Assembly (NCBI RefSeq): GCF_013167455.1
Contig: NZ_CP038328.1
Source of the DNA: Escherichia coli O157:H7
GTDB lineage: Bacteria > Pseudomonadota > Gammaproteobacteria > Enterobacterales > Enterobacteriaceae
DNA length: 64,000 nt
Reading direction: 5' to 3' (one strand)
The notes under the pieces are model-generated. The model had not been told where the DNA came from and made no database searches. It was given only the letters and a program-made list of their open reading frames with translations. The stretch's first letter is position 1; each line of letters starts with the position of its first letter. A program made the position numbers and the translations under genes. Shown one piece after another: positions 31,732 through 43,561 of the stretch.

Positions 31732-34122
31732 ATGGCAATTAACAATACAGGCTCGCGACGATTACTCGTCACGCTAACAGCCCTTTTTGCAGCGCTTTGC
31801 GGGCTGTATCTACTCATTGGCGGAGGCTGGCTGGTCGCGATTGGCGGCTCCTGGTACTACCCTATCGCTGGCCTTGTGATGCTCGGCGTCGCCTGGATGC
31901 TGTGGCGCAGTAAACGTGCCGCGCTTTGGCTATACGCCGCCCTGCTGCTCGGCACCATGATTTGGGGCGTCTGGGAAGTTGGTTTCGACTTCTGGGCGCT
32001 GACTCCGCGCAGCGATATTCTGGTCTTCTTCGGCATCTGGCTGATCCTGCCGTTTGTCTGGCGTCGCCTGGTCATTCCTGCCAGCGGCGCAGTTGCCGCA
32101 CTGGTGGTGGCACTGCTGATTAGCGGTAGTATCCTGACCTGGGCCGGATTTAACGATCCGCAGGAAATCAACGGCACCTTAAGCGCCGATGCCACACCTG
32201 CGGAAGCTATCTCACCCGTTGCCGATCAGGACTGGCCTGCCTATGGTCGCAATCAGGAAGGTCAACGCTTTTCACCTCTGAAACAAATTAACGCCGATAA
32301 CGTCCATAATCTGAAAGAAGCCTGGGTGTTCCGTACTGGCGATGTGAAGCAGCCGAACGATCCGGGCGAAATCACCAATGAAGTGACGCCGATTAAAGTG
32401 GGCGACACCCTTTACCTGTGTACCGCTCACCAGCGCCTGTTTGCGCTCGATGCCGCCAGCGGCAAAGAGAAATGGCATTACGATCCTGAGCTGAAAACTA
32501 ACGAGTCTTTCCAGCACGTAACCTGCCGTGGCGTCTCTTATCATGAAGCCAAAGCAGAAACGGCTTCGCCGGAAGTGATGGCGGATTGCCCGCGTCGTAT
32601 CATTCTTCCGGTCAATGATGGTCGCCTGATTGCGATTAACGCTGAAAACGGCAAGCTGTGCGAAACCTTCGCCAATAAAGGCGTGCTCAATCTGCAAAGC
32701 AATATGCCAGACACCAAACCGGGTCTGTATGAACCGACTTCGCCACCGATTATCACCGATAAAACCATCGTGATGGCAGGTTCAGTTACCGATAACTTCT
32801 CAACCCGCGAAACGTCTGGCGTGATCCGTGGTTTTGATGTCAACACCGGGGAGCTGCTGTGGGCTTTTGATCCGGGCGCGAAAGATCCGAACGCAATCCC
32901 GTCTGACGAACACACCTTTACCTTTAACTCGCCAAACTCGTGGGCACCAGCGGCCTATGACGCGAAGCTGGATCTGGTGTATCTGCCGATGGGCGTGACC
33001 ACGCCGGATATCTGGGGCGGTAACCGCACACCGGAACAGGAACGTTATGCCAGCTCGATTCTGGCGCTGAATGCCACAACCGGGAAATTGGCGTGGAGCT
33101 ACCAGACCGTTCACCACGACCTGTGGGATATGGATCTTCCGGCACAGCCGACGCTGGCGGACATCACCGTTAATGGTCAGAAAGTGCCAGTTATTTACGC
33201 TCCGGCGAAAACCGGCAACATTTTTGTGCTCGATCGTCGTAATGGCGAACTGGTGGTTCCGGCACCGGAAAAACCGGTTCCCCAAGGTGCTGCCAAAGGC
33301 GATTACGTTACCCCTACTCAACCATTCTCGGAACTGAGCTTCCGTCCGACGAAAGATTTGAGCGGTGCGGATATGTGGGGAGCCACCATGTTTGACCAAC
33401 TGGTGTGCCGCGTGATGTTCCACCAGATGCGCTATGAAGGCATTTTCACGCCGCCATCTGAACAGGGCACGCTGGTCTTCCCGGGTAACCTGGGAATGTT
33501 TGAATGGGGCGGGATTTCCGTTGATCCAAATCGTGAAGTGGCAATTGCCAACCCAATGGCACTGCCGTTTGTTTCGAAACTGATCCCACGCGGTCCGGGT
33601 AACCCGATGGAGCAGCCGAAAGATGCCAAAGGCACGGGTACGGAATCCGGCATTCAGCCACAGTACGGTGTACCGTATGGTGTCACGCTCAACCCGTTCC
33701 TCTCACCATTTGGTCTGCCATGTAAACAGCCAGCATGGGGTTATATCTCGGCGCTGGATCTGAAAACTAATGAAGTGGTGTGGAAGAAACGTATTGGTAC
33801 GCCGCAGGACAGTATGCCGTTCCCGATGCCTGTACCGGTGCCGTTCAATATGGGTATGCCGATGCTGGGCGGGCCAATCTCCACGGCGGGTAACGTGCTG
33901 TTTATCGCCGCTACGGCAGATAACTACCTGCGCGCTTACAACATGAGCAACGGTGAAAAACTGTGGCAGGGTCGTTTACCAGCGGGTGGTCAGGCGACGC
34001 CAATGACCTATGAAGTGAATGGTAAGCAGTATGTGGTGATCTCCGCAGGCGGTCACGGTTCATTTGGTACGAAGATGGGTGACTATATTGTGGCTTATGC
34101 GCTGCCGGATGATGTGAAGTAA
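31732..34122 (+). CDS. gcd: Quinoprotein (PQQ-dependent) membrane-bound glucose dehydrogenase
   Basis: ORF 31714..34122; start trimmed 6 codons to MAINNTGSRRLL (796 aa); N-terminal TM helices plus PQQ beta-propeller domain. Confidence 0.93.
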   Translation: MAINNTGSRRLLVTLTALFAALCGLYLLIGGGWLVAIGGSWYYPIAGLVMLGVAWMLWRSKRAALWLYAALLLGTMIWGVWEVGFDFWALTPRSDILVFFGIWLILPFVWRRLVIPASGAVAALVVALLISGSILTWAGFNDPQEINGTLSADATPAEAISPVADQDWPAYGRNQEGQRFSPLKQINADNVHNLKEAWVFRTGDVKQPNDPGEITNEVTPIKVGDTLYLCTAHQRLFALDAASGKEKWHYDPELKTNESFQHVTCRGVSYHEAKAETASPEVMADCPRRIILPVNDGRLIAINAENGKLCETFANKGVLNLQSNMPDTKPGLYEPTSPPIITDKTIVMAGSVTDNFSTRETSGVIRGFDVNTGELLWAFDPGAKDPNAIPSDEHTFTFNSPNSWAPAAYDAKLDLVYLPMGVTTPDIWGGNRTPEQERYASSILALNATTGKLAWSYQTVHHDLWDMDLPAQPTLADITVNGQKVPVIYAPAKTGNIFVLDRRNGELVVPAPEKPVPQGAAKGDYVTPTQPFSELSFRPTKDLSGADMWGATMFDQLVCRVMFHQMRYEGIFTPPSEQGTLVFPGNLGMFEWGGISVDPNREVAIANPMALPFVSKLIPRGPGNPMEQPKDAKGTGTESGIQPQYGVPYGVTLNPFLSPFGLPCKQPAWGYISALDLKTNEVVWKKRIGTPQDSMPFPMPVPVPFNMGMPMLGGPISTAGNVLFIAATADNYLRAYNMSNGEKLWQGRLPAGGQATPMTYEVNGKQYVVISAGGHGSFGTKMGDYIVAYALPDDVK

Positions 34123-34160
34123 GACTTGCTCAGATTGCTGACAACGTGCGCGTTGTTCAT

Positions 34161-34259
34161 GCCGGATGCGGCGTGAACGCCTTATCCAGCCTACAAAATT
34201 GTGCAAAATCAATGGATTGCACAGGTAACGTAGGCCTGATAAGCGTAGCGCATCAGGCA
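34161..34259. repeat. BIME: two REP (palindromic unit) elements in opposite orientation
   Basis: gccggatgcggcgtgaacgccttatccagcctac and gtaggcctgataagcgtagcgcatcaggca are classic REP sequences; located between convergent gcd and cueO. Confidence 0.85.
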
Positions 34260-34323
34260 GATTTGCGTTTGTCATCAGTTTAATGCCCGGAGAGATCCGG
34301 GCATATTCCCGAATACGGTCTTT

Positions 34324-35874
34324 TTATACCGTAAACCCTAACATCATCCCCGTATCTTCATGCTCCAGCAGATGGCAGTGCGCCATATAAGCACGTTCTT
34401 TCGGTGCGTCGTGATTAAACTTCACCAGCACTTCACTGACATTGCCTTCTACCTTAACGGTATCTTTCCAGCCCGCGCGATGAGCCGCTGGCGGTTTGCC
34501 ATTTTCTGACAAGATACGGAACTGCGTGCCGTGAATATGGAACGGATGCAGCATCATGTCGCCCACGCCAGAGATAACCCAACGTTCGTACTGCCCTTTC
34601 GCCGCCGCAAACATCGGCTTATTCATATCAAACGCCTGACCGTTGATTTTATTGGCATGGTGGAAATCGAACTTCCCGCCGTGGTTCATATGATTCATAT
34701 TGCCGTGCCCCATATGGCCCATCATCTGGCTGTGATCCATTCCGGCCATCGCCTGATCGCCATATTTCTCCATTAGCATCTGCATCCCCATCATATCGAG
34801 CATCGGGTCCATAGAAAGTTGCAGCTTGCGTACCGTCAGCCCTTCCAGCGAAGGTAACGCAGGCAGGCTACTTAATGTGTCTGGCAAAGCACCGGAAGCA
34901 CTAATAGCAATCGGCTGAATCCGCATTACCGGATGAGGCTTATCAAACGGCGCAATCGCCATCCCCATCTGGCTGACCGGCAGCGTCACCAGGTCAAAGG
35001 GTTTGTTGTCGTTAACCTCCACCAGCACTTCAAAACGCTCGCCCATCAGCACCGGCAGCTCGTTCACCTTCACCGGTTCAGGTAGCAGACCACCGTCGCT
35101 GGCAATCACATAAAGCGGGCGATTGTCGCTGGTGGCGAAATTGAGCGAGCGGGCATTACAGCCATTGAGCAAACGCAGGCGCAGCCAACCACGCGGGGCA
35201 GCGTGTTGCGGGTAGATTGCACCGTTGGTCAGCAACGTATCGCCAAACCAGCCCACGGCGGCGGTCATCACATCCAGTTGATAATCAATCTGCCCGTCGG
35301 CGCTAAATTTCTTATCCTGAACGATCACCGGAACATCATCGATACCCCACTGTTTTGGCAGCATTAATTTCAGGATCTCGTCATCTTCAATCACCACCAG
35401 ACCAGCCAGCCCCATCGCCACCTGTCGCCCGGTCTTGCCATGTTGATGTGGATGGAACCAGCAGGTAGCGGCAGGTTGATCAACGTTCAACGTCACCGAG
35501 CGCTTGCCACCTGGCGGAATAATTCCCTGTGGGCCGCCGTCGACTTCACCCGGTACTTCCAGCCCGTGCCAGTGCAACGTCGTCTCTTCCGTCAGTTGGT
35601 TATAGATATCAACCGTTACCGCTTTGCCGCGCTGTAATTTCACCGCCGGCCCCAGCAGATTGCCGTTATAGCCCCAGGTAGTTGCAGTTTTCTCGCCAAA
35701 GGTAGACTGACCTGCGCCAATAGTTAACTGAATGCGATTACGGGCATCGGTCGTGAGCAAATCAGGGATCGGTAACGTTGGGCGTTCCGCCGCAAAGACT
35801 GCACGGCTCCACAGTGGCAAGGCTGAAGCCACACCCAGTGCGACGGAATATTTCAAGAAATCACGACGTTGCAT
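34324..35874 (-). CDS. cueO: Periplasmic multicopper oxidase CueO
   Basis: ORF 34324..35913; start trimmed 13 codons to [14 protein letters not shown] (Tat signal; 516 aa); copper-site motifs [19 protein letters not shown]; Met/His-rich insert. Confidence 0.93.
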   Translation of the reverse strand: MQRRDFLKYSVALGVASALPLWSRAVFAAERPTLPIPDLLTTDARNRIQLTIGAGQSTFGEKTATTWGYNGNLLGPAVKLQRGKAVTVDIYNQLTEETTLHWHGLEVPGEVDGGPQGIIPPGGKRSVTLNVDQPAATCWFHPHQHGKTGRQVAMGLAGLVVIEDDEILKLMLPKQWGIDDVPVIVQDKKFSADGQIDYQLDVMTAAVGWFGDTLLTNGAIYPQHAAPRGWLRLRLLNGCNARSLNFATSDNRPLYVIASDGGLLPEPVKVNELPVLMGERFEVLVEVNDNKPFDLVTLPVSQMGMAIAPFDKPHPVMRIQPIAISASGALPDTLSSLPALPSLEGLTVRKLQLSMDPMLDMMGMQMLMEKYGDQAMAGMDHSQMMGHMGHGNMNHMNHGGKFDFHHANKINGQAFDMNKPMFAAAKGQYERWVISGVGDMMLHPFHIHGTQFRILSENGKPPAAHRAGWKDTVKVEGNVSEVLVKFNHDAPKERAYMAHCHLLEHEDTGMMLGFTV

Positions 35875-35927
35875 AGTTATTTCCTTATTCTTAAGCAGGC
35901 GAAACAAAATCAAACGTTGAGCATAGT

Positions 35928-35946
35928 CCTTCCCCTTACGGGAAGG
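35928..35946 (-). promoter_or_regulatory. CueR (MerR-family) operator within the cueO promoter
   Basis: Perfect inverted repeat ccttcc-N7-ggaagg between a -35-like cttgacc and -10-like tatgct with a 19-bp spacer (minus-strand reading), ~50 bp upstream of the cueO start. Confidence 0.75.
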
Positions 35947-36039
35947 TCAAGCCGCAGACACAATTTAATCGACAATAATGGTCGTCGCCTCGCTCGCAGT
36001 GTGCTAACGTTTATCTTCTTTAAGCCCCTGGTAGAAGCA

Positions 36040-36387
36040 ATGAAGACGTTTTTCAGAACAGTGTTATTCGGCAGCCTGATGGCCGTTTGCGCAAACAGTT
36101 ACGCGCTCAGTGAGTCTGAAGCCGAAGATATGGCCGATTTAACGGCAGTTTTTGTCTTTCTGAAGAACGATTGTGGTTACCAGAACTTACCTAACGGGCA
36201 AATTCGTCGCGCACTGGTCTTTTTCGCCCAGCAAAACCAGTGGGATCTCAGTAATTACGACACCTTCGACATGAAAGCTCTCGGTGAAGACAGCTACCGC
36301 GATCTCAGCGGCATTGGCATTCCCGTCGCTAAAAAGTGCAAGGCCCTGGCTCGCGATTCCTTAAGCCTGCTTGCCTACGTCAAATAA
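36040..36387 (+). CDS. yacC: Uncharacterized periplasmic protein YacC
   Basis: ORF 35869..36387; start trimmed to MKTFFRTVLFGSLMAVCANSYA (signal peptide; 115 aa), divergent from cueO. Confidence 0.85.
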   Translation: MKTFFRTVLFGSLMAVCANSYALSESEAEDMADLTAVFVFLKNDCGYQNLPNGQIRRALVFFAQQNQWDLSNYDTFDMKALGEDSYRDLSGIGIPVAKKCKALARDSLSLLAYVK

Positions 36388-36492
36388 TCCCTGATACCTT
36401 TTTGTAGAAATATTGACCGTGCATCCGCGGTCAATGTTAGCTATTATGTTGCGCCCTTTTTTTACGGGTGTTAACAAAGGAGGTATCAACCC

Positions 36493-37359
36493 ATGGCCGA
36501 AAAAAAACAGTGGCATGAAACGCTACACGACCAGTTTGGGCAGTACTTTGCGGTAGATAACGTTCTGTATCATGAAAAGACCGATCACCAGGATCTGATC
36601 ATTTTTGAGAACGCTGCATTTGGTCGCGTAATGGCGCTGGATGGCGTAGTACAAACCACCGAGCGCGACGAGTTTATCTATCATGAGATGATGACCCATG
36701 TTCCGCTACTGGCCCACGGTCACGCGAAACATGTGCTGATTATCGGCGGCGGCGACGGTGCCATGCTGCGTGAAGTAACCCGACATAAAAACGTTGAGTC
36801 AATCACGATGGTGGAAATCGATGCGGGTGTCGTGTCGTTCTGCCGTCAGTATCTACCCAACCATAACGCCGGTAGCTACGACGATCCGCGCTTTAAGCTG
36901 GTGATCGACGATGGCGTCAATTTCGTTAATCAAACCAGCCAGACCTTTGATGTCATTATCTCCGACTGCACCGATCCTATCGGTCCCGGCGAAAGCCTTT
37001 TCACTTCGGCATTTTATGAAGGCTGCAAACGTTGCCTGAATCCTGGCGGTATCTTCGTCGCACAAAACGGCGTCTGCTTTTTACAGCAGGAAGAAGCCAT
37101 CGACAGCCATCGCAAACTCAGCCATTACTTCAGCGACGTTGGCTTTTATCAGGCGGCGATCCCGACCTATTACGGCGGTATCATGACTTTTGCATGGGCG
37201 ACAGATAACGACGCCTTACGCCATCTCTCAACCGAAATTATTCAGGCGCGTTTTCTCGCCTCTGGCCTGAAATGCCGTTATTACAATCCGGCAGTCCATA
37301 CGGCAGCTTTTGCCTTACCCCAGTATCTGCAAGACGCACTGGCTTCACAGCCGTCCTAA
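36493..37359 (+). CDS. speE: Spermidine synthase
   Basis: 288 aa ORF; matches SpeE; GGGDG SAM-binding motif. Confidence 0.95.
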   Translation: MAEKKQWHETLHDQFGQYFAVDNVLYHEKTDHQDLIIFENAAFGRVMALDGVVQTTERDEFIYHEMMTHVPLLAHGHAKHVLIIGGGDGAMLREVTRHKNVESITMVEIDAGVVSFCRQYLPNHNAGSYDDPRFKLVIDDGVNFVNQTSQTFDVIISDCTDPIGPGESLFTSAFYEGCKRCLNPGGIFVAQNGVCFLQQEEAIDSHRKLSHYFSDVGFYQAAIPTYYGGIMTFAWATDNDALRHLSTEIIQARFLASGLKCRYYNPAVHTAAFALPQYLQDALASQPS

Positions 37360-37374
37360 GGAGAAGATAAGAAA

Positions 37375-38169
37375 TTGAAAAAACTGAAACTGCATGGCTT
37401 TAATAATCTGACCAAAAGTCTGAGTTTTTGTATTTACGATATCTGCTACGCCAAAACTGCCGAAGAGCGCGACGGTTATATTGCTTATATCGATGAACTC
37501 TATAATGCCAACCGTCTGACCGAAATCCTGTCAGAAACCTGTTCCATTATCGGGGCTAATATTCTTAACATCGCCCGCCAGGATTACGAACCACAGGGTG
37601 CCAGCGTCACTATTCTGGTGAGTGAAGAACCGGTTGACCCGAAACTCATCGACAAAACAGAACACCCCGGCCCACTGCCAGAAACGGTCGTTGCCCATCT
37701 CGATAAAAGTCATATTTGCGTACATACCTACCCGGAAAGTCATCCTGAAGGCGGTTTATGTACCTTCCGCGCCGATATTGAAGTCTCTACCTGCGGCGTG
37801 ATTTCTCCGCTGAAGGCGCTGAATTACCTGATCCACCAGCTTGAGTCCGATATCGTAACCATTGATTATCGCGTGCGCGGTTTTACCCGCGACATTAACG
37901 GTATGAAGCACTTTATCGACCATGAGATTAATTCGATTCAGAACTTTATGTCTGACGATATGAAGGCGCTGTATGACATGGTGGATGTAAACGTCTATCA
38001 GGAAAATATCTTCCATACCAAGATGTTGCTTAAAGAGTTCGACCTTAAGCACTACATGTTCCACACCAAACCGGAAGATTTAACCGACAGCGAGCGCCAG
38101 GAAATTACCGCTGCGCTGTGGAAAGAAATGCGCGAGATTTATTACGGGCGCAATATGCCAGCTGTTTAA
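37375..38169 (+). CDS. speD: S-adenosylmethionine decarboxylase proenzyme
   Basis: 264 aa ORF, apparent TTG start 15 bp after spe[19 protein letters not shown] matches SpeD. Confidence 0.93.
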
Positions 38170-38206
38170 CGGCTCTGGCGGAGCTCCCAGGCTCCGCCAG
38201 ATTTAT

Positions 38207-38569
38207 TTACTTCTGCTGCACGAAATTGCGGTAAGCCGCCACGACCTGCAGAAAATCCTCAACGCCGCATAGCGACAGGCTTTCTTCGTCGTAGTAGTTC
38301 ATCCCCTCTTCCATTTCATCGCCAGCGAATTCCAGTTGATTGGCGCGAACCATCACCTCTTCGCCGTCCATCCATAGCGTATACTCATGCCCTGCCCGCT
38401 GCCAGGAACGTTCGCTACCTTTCAGTGCGTGCGCTGCTTGTTCCACTTCATCAAGCAAGGCCAGGTTTTCTTTCACCTCTTCATTAAACCAGTGCCCGAC
38501 CACTTCATGCCCCATGGACATACGCACCTTTACCACTCCGGTAATATCGCGCAGAAATTCGTAATCCAT
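38207..38569 (-). CDS. yacL: UPF0231 family protein YacL
   Basis: ORF 38207..38617; start trimmed 16 codons to [22 protein letters not shown] (120 aa). Confidence 0.85.
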
Positions 38570-38744
38570 AGTGTGTTCCTCTGCTCCCGGCAATGCACCG
38601 AAATCGCATTGCGCCATTGATGTAATTATCGCAGCCTTACCGGAGAAAAACAGCGGAACGGCGATGGTTTAGAAATAAAAAAATGCCCGGGAATCTCATT
38701 CACCGGGCATTGTGTCGTTTATGCGCAGCGCGTGCGCTGACTTT

Positions 38745-41342
38745 TTAAACCGCAGTCTGGAAAATCACCCCATCGGCTTTCTCGGTGTACTGAGAAAGCT
38801 GGTTGAAGTTCAGATAACGGTAAGTATCAACGGCTGTTTTATCTACCTGCGCCACGTAGGTCTGGTACTCTTCCGGCGTCGGCAGTTTGCCAATCAGCGC
38901 CGCAACAGCAGCCAGTTCCGCAGAAGCCAGGAAGACATTCGCGCCAGTACCCAGACGGTTCGGGAAGTTACGGGTAGAGGTGGAAACCACCGTTGCACCG
39001 TCCGCCACACGCGCCTGGTTACCCATACACAGGGAACAGCCAGGGATCTCGATACGCGCACCACTCTTACCGAAGACGCTGTAGTAGCCTTCTTCGGTCA
39101 ACTGTGCGGCGTCCATACGGGTTGGCGGTGCCACCCACAGGCGGGTCGGCAACTGACCTTTGTGCGCATCCAGCAGTTTACCTGCGGCACGGAAGTGACC
39201 GATGTTAGTCATGCAAGAACCGATAAACACTTCGTCGATCTTCTCGCCCTGTACCGCAGACAGCGGACGTGCGTCGTCCGGGTCGTTCGGAGCACAGAGG
39301 ATTGGCTCTTTAATATCCGCCAGATCGATGTCGATCACTGCCGCGTATTCCGCATCTGCATCGGCTTCCAGCAGCTCAGGATTCGCCAGCCATTTTTCCA
39401 TGCCCTGAATACGACGTTCCAGGGTACGACGATCGCCGTAACCTTCCGCGATCATCCACTTCAGCAGGACGATGTTGGAGTTCAGGTATTCGATGATTGG
39501 TTCTTTGTTCAGCTTGATGGTACAACCGGCAGCAGAACGCTCGGCGGACGCATCGGTCAGCTCAAAGGCCTGCTCAACTTTCAGATCCGGCAGACCTTCA
39601 ATTTCTAGGATGCGGCCAGAGAAGATGTTTTTCTTGCCTTTCTTCTCAACGGTCAGCAGACCTTGTTTGATCGCATACAGCGGAATGGCGTGTACCAGAT
39701 CGCGCAGGGTGATGCCCGGCTGCATTTTGCCTTTGAAGCGCACCAGAACGGATTCCGGCATATCCAGCGGCATTACGCCTGTTGCGGCTGCAAATGCCAC
39801 CAGACCAGAACCCGCCGGGAAAGAGATACCGATCGGGAAACGGGTATGGGAGTCACCACCGGTACCGACGGTATCCGGCAGCAGCATACGGTTCAGCCAG
39901 GAGTGGATTACGCCGTCACCCGGACGCAGCGACACACCGCCACGGTTCATAATGAAGTCCGGCAGCGTGTGGTGCGTGTTCACGTCAACTGGCTTCGGAT
40001 ACGCCGCGGTGTGGCAGAAAGACTGCATCACCAGGTCAGCCGAGAAGCCCAGGCACGCCAGGTCTTTCAGTTCATCACGGGTCATCGGGCCTGTGGTGTC
40101 CTGAGAGCCTACAGAAGTCATTTTCGGTTCACAGTACGCGCCCGGACGAATGCCTTTCACGCCACAGGCACGGCCTACCATTTTCTGCGCCAGCGAGAAG
40201 CCGCGATCGCTCTCAGCGACATCTTTCGCCTGACGGAACACATCACTGTGCGGCAGACCAAGTGCTTCACGCGCTTTGGTGGTCAGGCCACGACCGATAA
40301 TCAGCGGAATACGGCCGCCAGCACGCACTTCATCAATCAGCACGTCGGTTTTCAGTTCGAAGGTCGCCAGCAGTTCGCCGGTTTCGTGGTTACGTACTTC
40401 ACCTTTGTACGGGTAAACGTCAATTACGTCGCCCATGTTCAGGTTAGAGACATCCACTTCGATTGGCAGCGCACCCGCATCTTCCATCGTGTTAAAGAAG
40501 ATGGGTGCAATTTTACCGCCGAGGCACAAACCACCGCCGCGTTTGTTCGGCACATGTGGAATATCATCGCCCATAAACCACAGAACGGAGTTCGTGGCGG
40601 ATTTACGCGATGAACCCGTACCCACAACGTCACCGACGTACGCCAGCGGGAAACCTTTCTGTTGCAGAGCTTCAATCTGTTTGATCGGGCCAACAACACC
40701 TGGCTGGTCTGGCTCAATACCTTCACGGGCGTTTTTCAGCATCGCCAGCGCGTGCAATGGGATATCCGGGCGTGACCACGCATCCGGTGCCGGAGAAAGG
40801 TCATCGGTGTTGGTTTCGCCAGTGACTTTGAAGACGGTAACGGTCAGTTTTTCAGCCAGCGCCGGGCGATTCAGGAACCATTCGGCATCAGCCCAGGACT
40901 GCATAACCTGCTTCGCATATTCGTTGCCTGCTTTCGCTTTCTCTTCTACGTCATAGAAGTTATCGAACATCAGTAGTGTGTGAGAAAGTGCTTTGGCAGC
41001 GATCGGTGCCAGTTTGGCATCATCCAGCGCATCGATCAGCGGATGAATGTTGTAACCACCCTGCATAGTACCCAGCAGTTCGATGGCTTTTTCCGGAGTC
41101 AGCAGTGGGGATTTGGCTTCGCCTTTGGCGACAGCAGCCAGGAAGCCTGCTTTAACATAGGCGGCTTCATCGACGCCAGGAGGAACACGGTTGGTTAACA
41201 GATCTAACAGGAATTCTTCTTCGCCCGCGGGCGGGTTTTTCAGCAGCTCTACAAGCGCGGCCATTTGGTTTGCATCCAGGGGTTTGGGCGCAATCCCCTC
41301 AGCGGCACGCTCAGCTACGTGCTTACGGTATTCTTCTAGCAC
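38745..41342 (-). CDS. acnB: Aconitate hydratase B (bifunctional aconitase / 2-methylisocitrate dehydratase)
   Basis: ORF 38745..41495 (916 aa); start placed at the GTG 51 codons in, giving [16 protein letters not shown] (865 aa); Fe-S cluster ligands in CSLCMGNQ. Confidence 0.92.
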   Translation of the reverse strand: MLEEYRKHVAERAAEGIAPKPLDANQMAALVELLKNPPAGEEEFLLDLLTNRVPPGVDEAAYVKAGFLAAVAKGEAKSPLLTPEKAIELLGTMQGGYNIHPLIDALDDAKLAPIAAKALSHTLLMFDNFYDVEEKAKAGNEYAKQVMQSWADAEWFLNRPALAEKLTVTVFKVTGETNTDDLSPAPDAWSRPDIPLHALAMLKNAREGIEPDQPGVVGPIKQIEALQQKGFPLAYVGDVVGTGSSRKSATNSVLWFMGDDIPHVPNKRGGGLCLGGKIAPIFFNTMEDAGALPIEVDVSNLNMGDVIDVYPYKGEVRNHETGELLATFELKTDVLIDEVRAGGRIPLIIGRGLTTKAREALGLPHSDVFRQAKDVAESDRGFSLAQKMVGRACGVKGIRPGAYCEPKMTSVGSQDTTGPMTRDELKDLACLGFSADLVMQSFCHTAAYPKPVDVNTHHTLPDFIMNRGGVSLRPGDGVIHSWLNRMLLPDTVGTGGDSHTRFPIGISFPAGSGLVAFAAATGVMPLDMPESVLVRFKGKMQPGITLRDLVHAIPLYAIKQGLLTVEKKGKKNIFSGRILEIEGLPDLKVEQAFELTDASAERSAAGCTIKLNKEPIIEYLNSNIVLLKWMIAEGYGDRRTLERRIQGMEKWLANPELLEADADAEYAAVIDIDLADIKEPILCAPNDPDDARPLSAVQGEKIDEVFIGSCMTNIGHFRAAGKLLDAHKGQLPTRLWVAPPTRMDAAQLTEEGYYSVFGKSGARIEIPGCSLCMGNQARVADGATVVSTSTRNFPNRLGTGANVFLASAELAAVAALIGKLPTPEEYQTYVAQVDKTAVDTYRYLNFNQLSQYTEKADGVIFQTAV

Positions 41343-41696
41343 GACGGTTCTCCTCGCTCTCATTGTCATAGTGCGGCAGGCGATTCTCTTCACGCTCCTG
41401 TGAGACAGCAGTTTGTAGGGTAAATGCCCAGTACCGCAACGGGCAGAATAGCAGGATTTTGACGACGTGTTAATCTGTTTACAAAAAAGCAACATAAAAA
41501 AGTGGCTGAATCGTTAAGGATGGTCTAGAGATTGTTTCCCTCCGTAAAAACTTCGTTAATTCGCATGGTGATAATCACCTTTCTCAACGAATCCCAAGAT
41601 TAGTCAAAATTTAAACTACCGCCTCTTTATACTCGGATTCACAGCACCTGCGGGTGGCAGTTCGCCGACCATTGCGATTTCCTTGAGATCCGAATT

Positions 41697-43550
41697 ATGA
41701 AAATGACTTTGCCGTTTAAACCCCATGTGCTGGCGCTAATTTGCAGTGCCGGGCTTTGTGCCGCCTCTGCCGGGCTATATATAAAAAGCCGCACAGTGGA
41801 AGCGCCTGTGGAAACGCAATCGACACAACTGGCTGTGTCTGACGCTGCCGCAGTTACGCTTCCTGCAACGGTTTCCGCACCTCCCGTAACACCCGCCGTC
41901 GTCAAATCCGCATTCAGCACTGCACAAATAGATCAATGGGTCGCGCCCGTCGCGCTGTATCCCGACGCCCTACTTTCGCAGGTGCTGATGGCATCAACCT
42001 ATCCGACAAACGTTGCTCAAGCAGTGCAATGGTCGCACGATAATCCACTTAAACAAGGCGATGCTGCTATTCAGGCGGTATCTGACCAGCCGTGGGACGC
42101 CAGCGTTAAATCACTGGTGGCCTTTCCACAATTGATGGCATTGATGGGCGAAAACCCGCAATGGGTGCAAAACCTGGGCGATGCTTTTCTGGCCCAGCCG
42201 CAGGACGTGATGGACTCGGTACAACGATTGCGGCAACTGGCACAACAAACCGGCTCGCTGAAGTCATCAACCGAACAGAAAGTTATTACCACAACGAAGA
42301 AAACTGTACCGGTAACACAGACAGTCACGGCTCCCGTCATACCATCCAATACCGTTTCAACTGCCAACCCTGTCATTACAGAGCCTGCAACAACCGTCAT
42401 TTCCATTGAGCCCGGCAATCCTGATGTGGTCTATATTCCCAACTACAACCCAACCGTGGTTTACGGGAACTGGGCCAATACTGCGTATCCGCCGGTTTAT
42501 CTGCCACCACCAGCCGGAGAACCGTTTGTTGACAGCTTTGTACGCGGATTCGGCTATAGCATGGGCGTTGCTACCACGTACGCACTATTCAGCAGCATCG
42601 ACTGGGATGACGACGATCATGACCATCATCATCATGACGATGATAATTATCATCACCACGATGGCGGTCATCGTGACGGTAATGGCTGGCAACATAACGG
42701 CGACAACATCAATATCGACGTCAACAATTTCAACCGTATCACCGGTGAGCATCTTACTGATAAGAATATGGCATGGCGGCACAATCCAAACTACCGTAAT
42801 GGTGTGCCCTATCATGATCAGGATATGGCAAAGCGGTTTCATCAAACTGATGTCAACGGCGGAATGAGTGCCACGCAGCTACCTGCTCCAACACGCGACA
42901 GCCAGCGTCAGGCGGCAGCAAGTCAGTTTCAGCAACGAACACACGCCGCCCCCGTCATTACACGAGATACCCAACGTCAGGCAGCGGCACAGCGGTTTAA
43001 TGAAGCTGAACACTATGGGAGCTATGACGACTTCCGCGACTTCAGCCGTCGCCAACCACTGACCCAGCAACAAAAGGACGCCGCTCGTCAGCGTTATCAG
43101 TCAGCTTCTCCTGAGCAGCGCCAGGCAGTTCACGAGAAAATGCAGACTAACCCGCAGAACCAGCAGCGAAGAGAGGCAGCGCGTGAGCGCATTCAGCCCG
43201 CCTCGCCTGAGCAGCGCCAGGCAGTCCGCGAGAAAATGCAGACTAACCCACAGATCCAGCAGCGAAGAGACGCAGCGCGTGAGCGTATTCAGTCAGCCTC
43301 GCCTGAGCAGCGCCAGGTGTTTAAGGAAAAAGTACAGCAGCGCCCACTGAACCAACAGCAACGTGATAACGCCCGCCAGCGTGTTCAATCAGCATCACCT
43401 GAACAACGTCAGGTTTTTCGGGAGAAAGTTCAGGAGAGCCGCCCACAACGTCTAAACGACAGTAACCATACTGCCAGGCTGAATAACGAGCAACGGTCAG
43501 CAGTACGCGAACGTCTCTCTGAGCGCGGAGCAAGGCGACTGGAAAGGTAA
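41697..43550 (+). CDS. yacH: Uncharacterized secreted repeat protein YacH (DUF3300-like)
   Basis: 617 aa ORF; signal peptide; Asp/His-rich tract; C-terminal tandem ~32-aa repeats (ASPEQRQ...). Confidence 0.88.
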   Translation: MKMTLPFKPHVLALICSAGLCAASAGLYIKSRTVEAPVETQSTQLAVSDAAAVTLPATVSAPPVTPAVVKSAFSTAQIDQWVAPVALYPDALLSQVLMASTYPTNVAQAVQWSHDNPLKQGDAAIQAVSDQPWDASVKSLVAFPQLMALMGENPQWVQNLGDAFLAQPQDVMDSVQRLRQLAQQTGSLKSSTEQKVITTTKKTVPVTQTVTAPVIPSNTVSTANPVITEPATTVISIEPGNPDVVYIPNYNPTVVYGNWANTAYPPVYLPPPAGEPFVDSFVRGFGYSMGVATTYALFSSIDWDDDDHDHHHHDDDNYHHHDGGHRDGNGWQHNGDNINIDVNNFNRITGEHLTDKNMAWRHNPNYRNGVPYHDQDMAKRFHQTDVNGGMSATQLPAPTRDSQRQAAASQFQQRTHAAPVITRDTQRQAAAQRFNEAEHYGSYDDFRDFSRRQPLTQQQKDAARQRYQSASPEQRQAVHEKMQTNPQNQQRREAARERIQPASPEQRQAVREKMQTNPQIQQRRDAARERIQSASPEQRQVFKEKVQQRPLNQQQRDNARQRVQSASPEQRQVFREKVQESRPQRLNDSNHTARLNNEQRSAVRERLSERGARRLER

Positions 43551-43561
43551 ATTACAGGCGT

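Noticed and set aside
38712..40613. Two long plus-strand ORFs (298 and 316 aa) antisense to acnB
   Set aside because: Same reasoning: embedded in acnB on the opposite strand, with no start context or domain signal.
42406..42867. Alternative-frame ORFs (153 aa plus, 86 aa minus) over the yacH His/Asp-rich tract
   Set aside because: They are produced by the repetitive GAT/CAT codons of the yacH tract; the real gene is the 617-aa plus-strand frame.
43070..43450. Possible CRISPR-like array suggested by periodic repeats
   Set aside because: The repeats are ~96 bp, imperfect, in-frame and coding (yacH), with no spacer/repeat alternation and no cas genes nearby.
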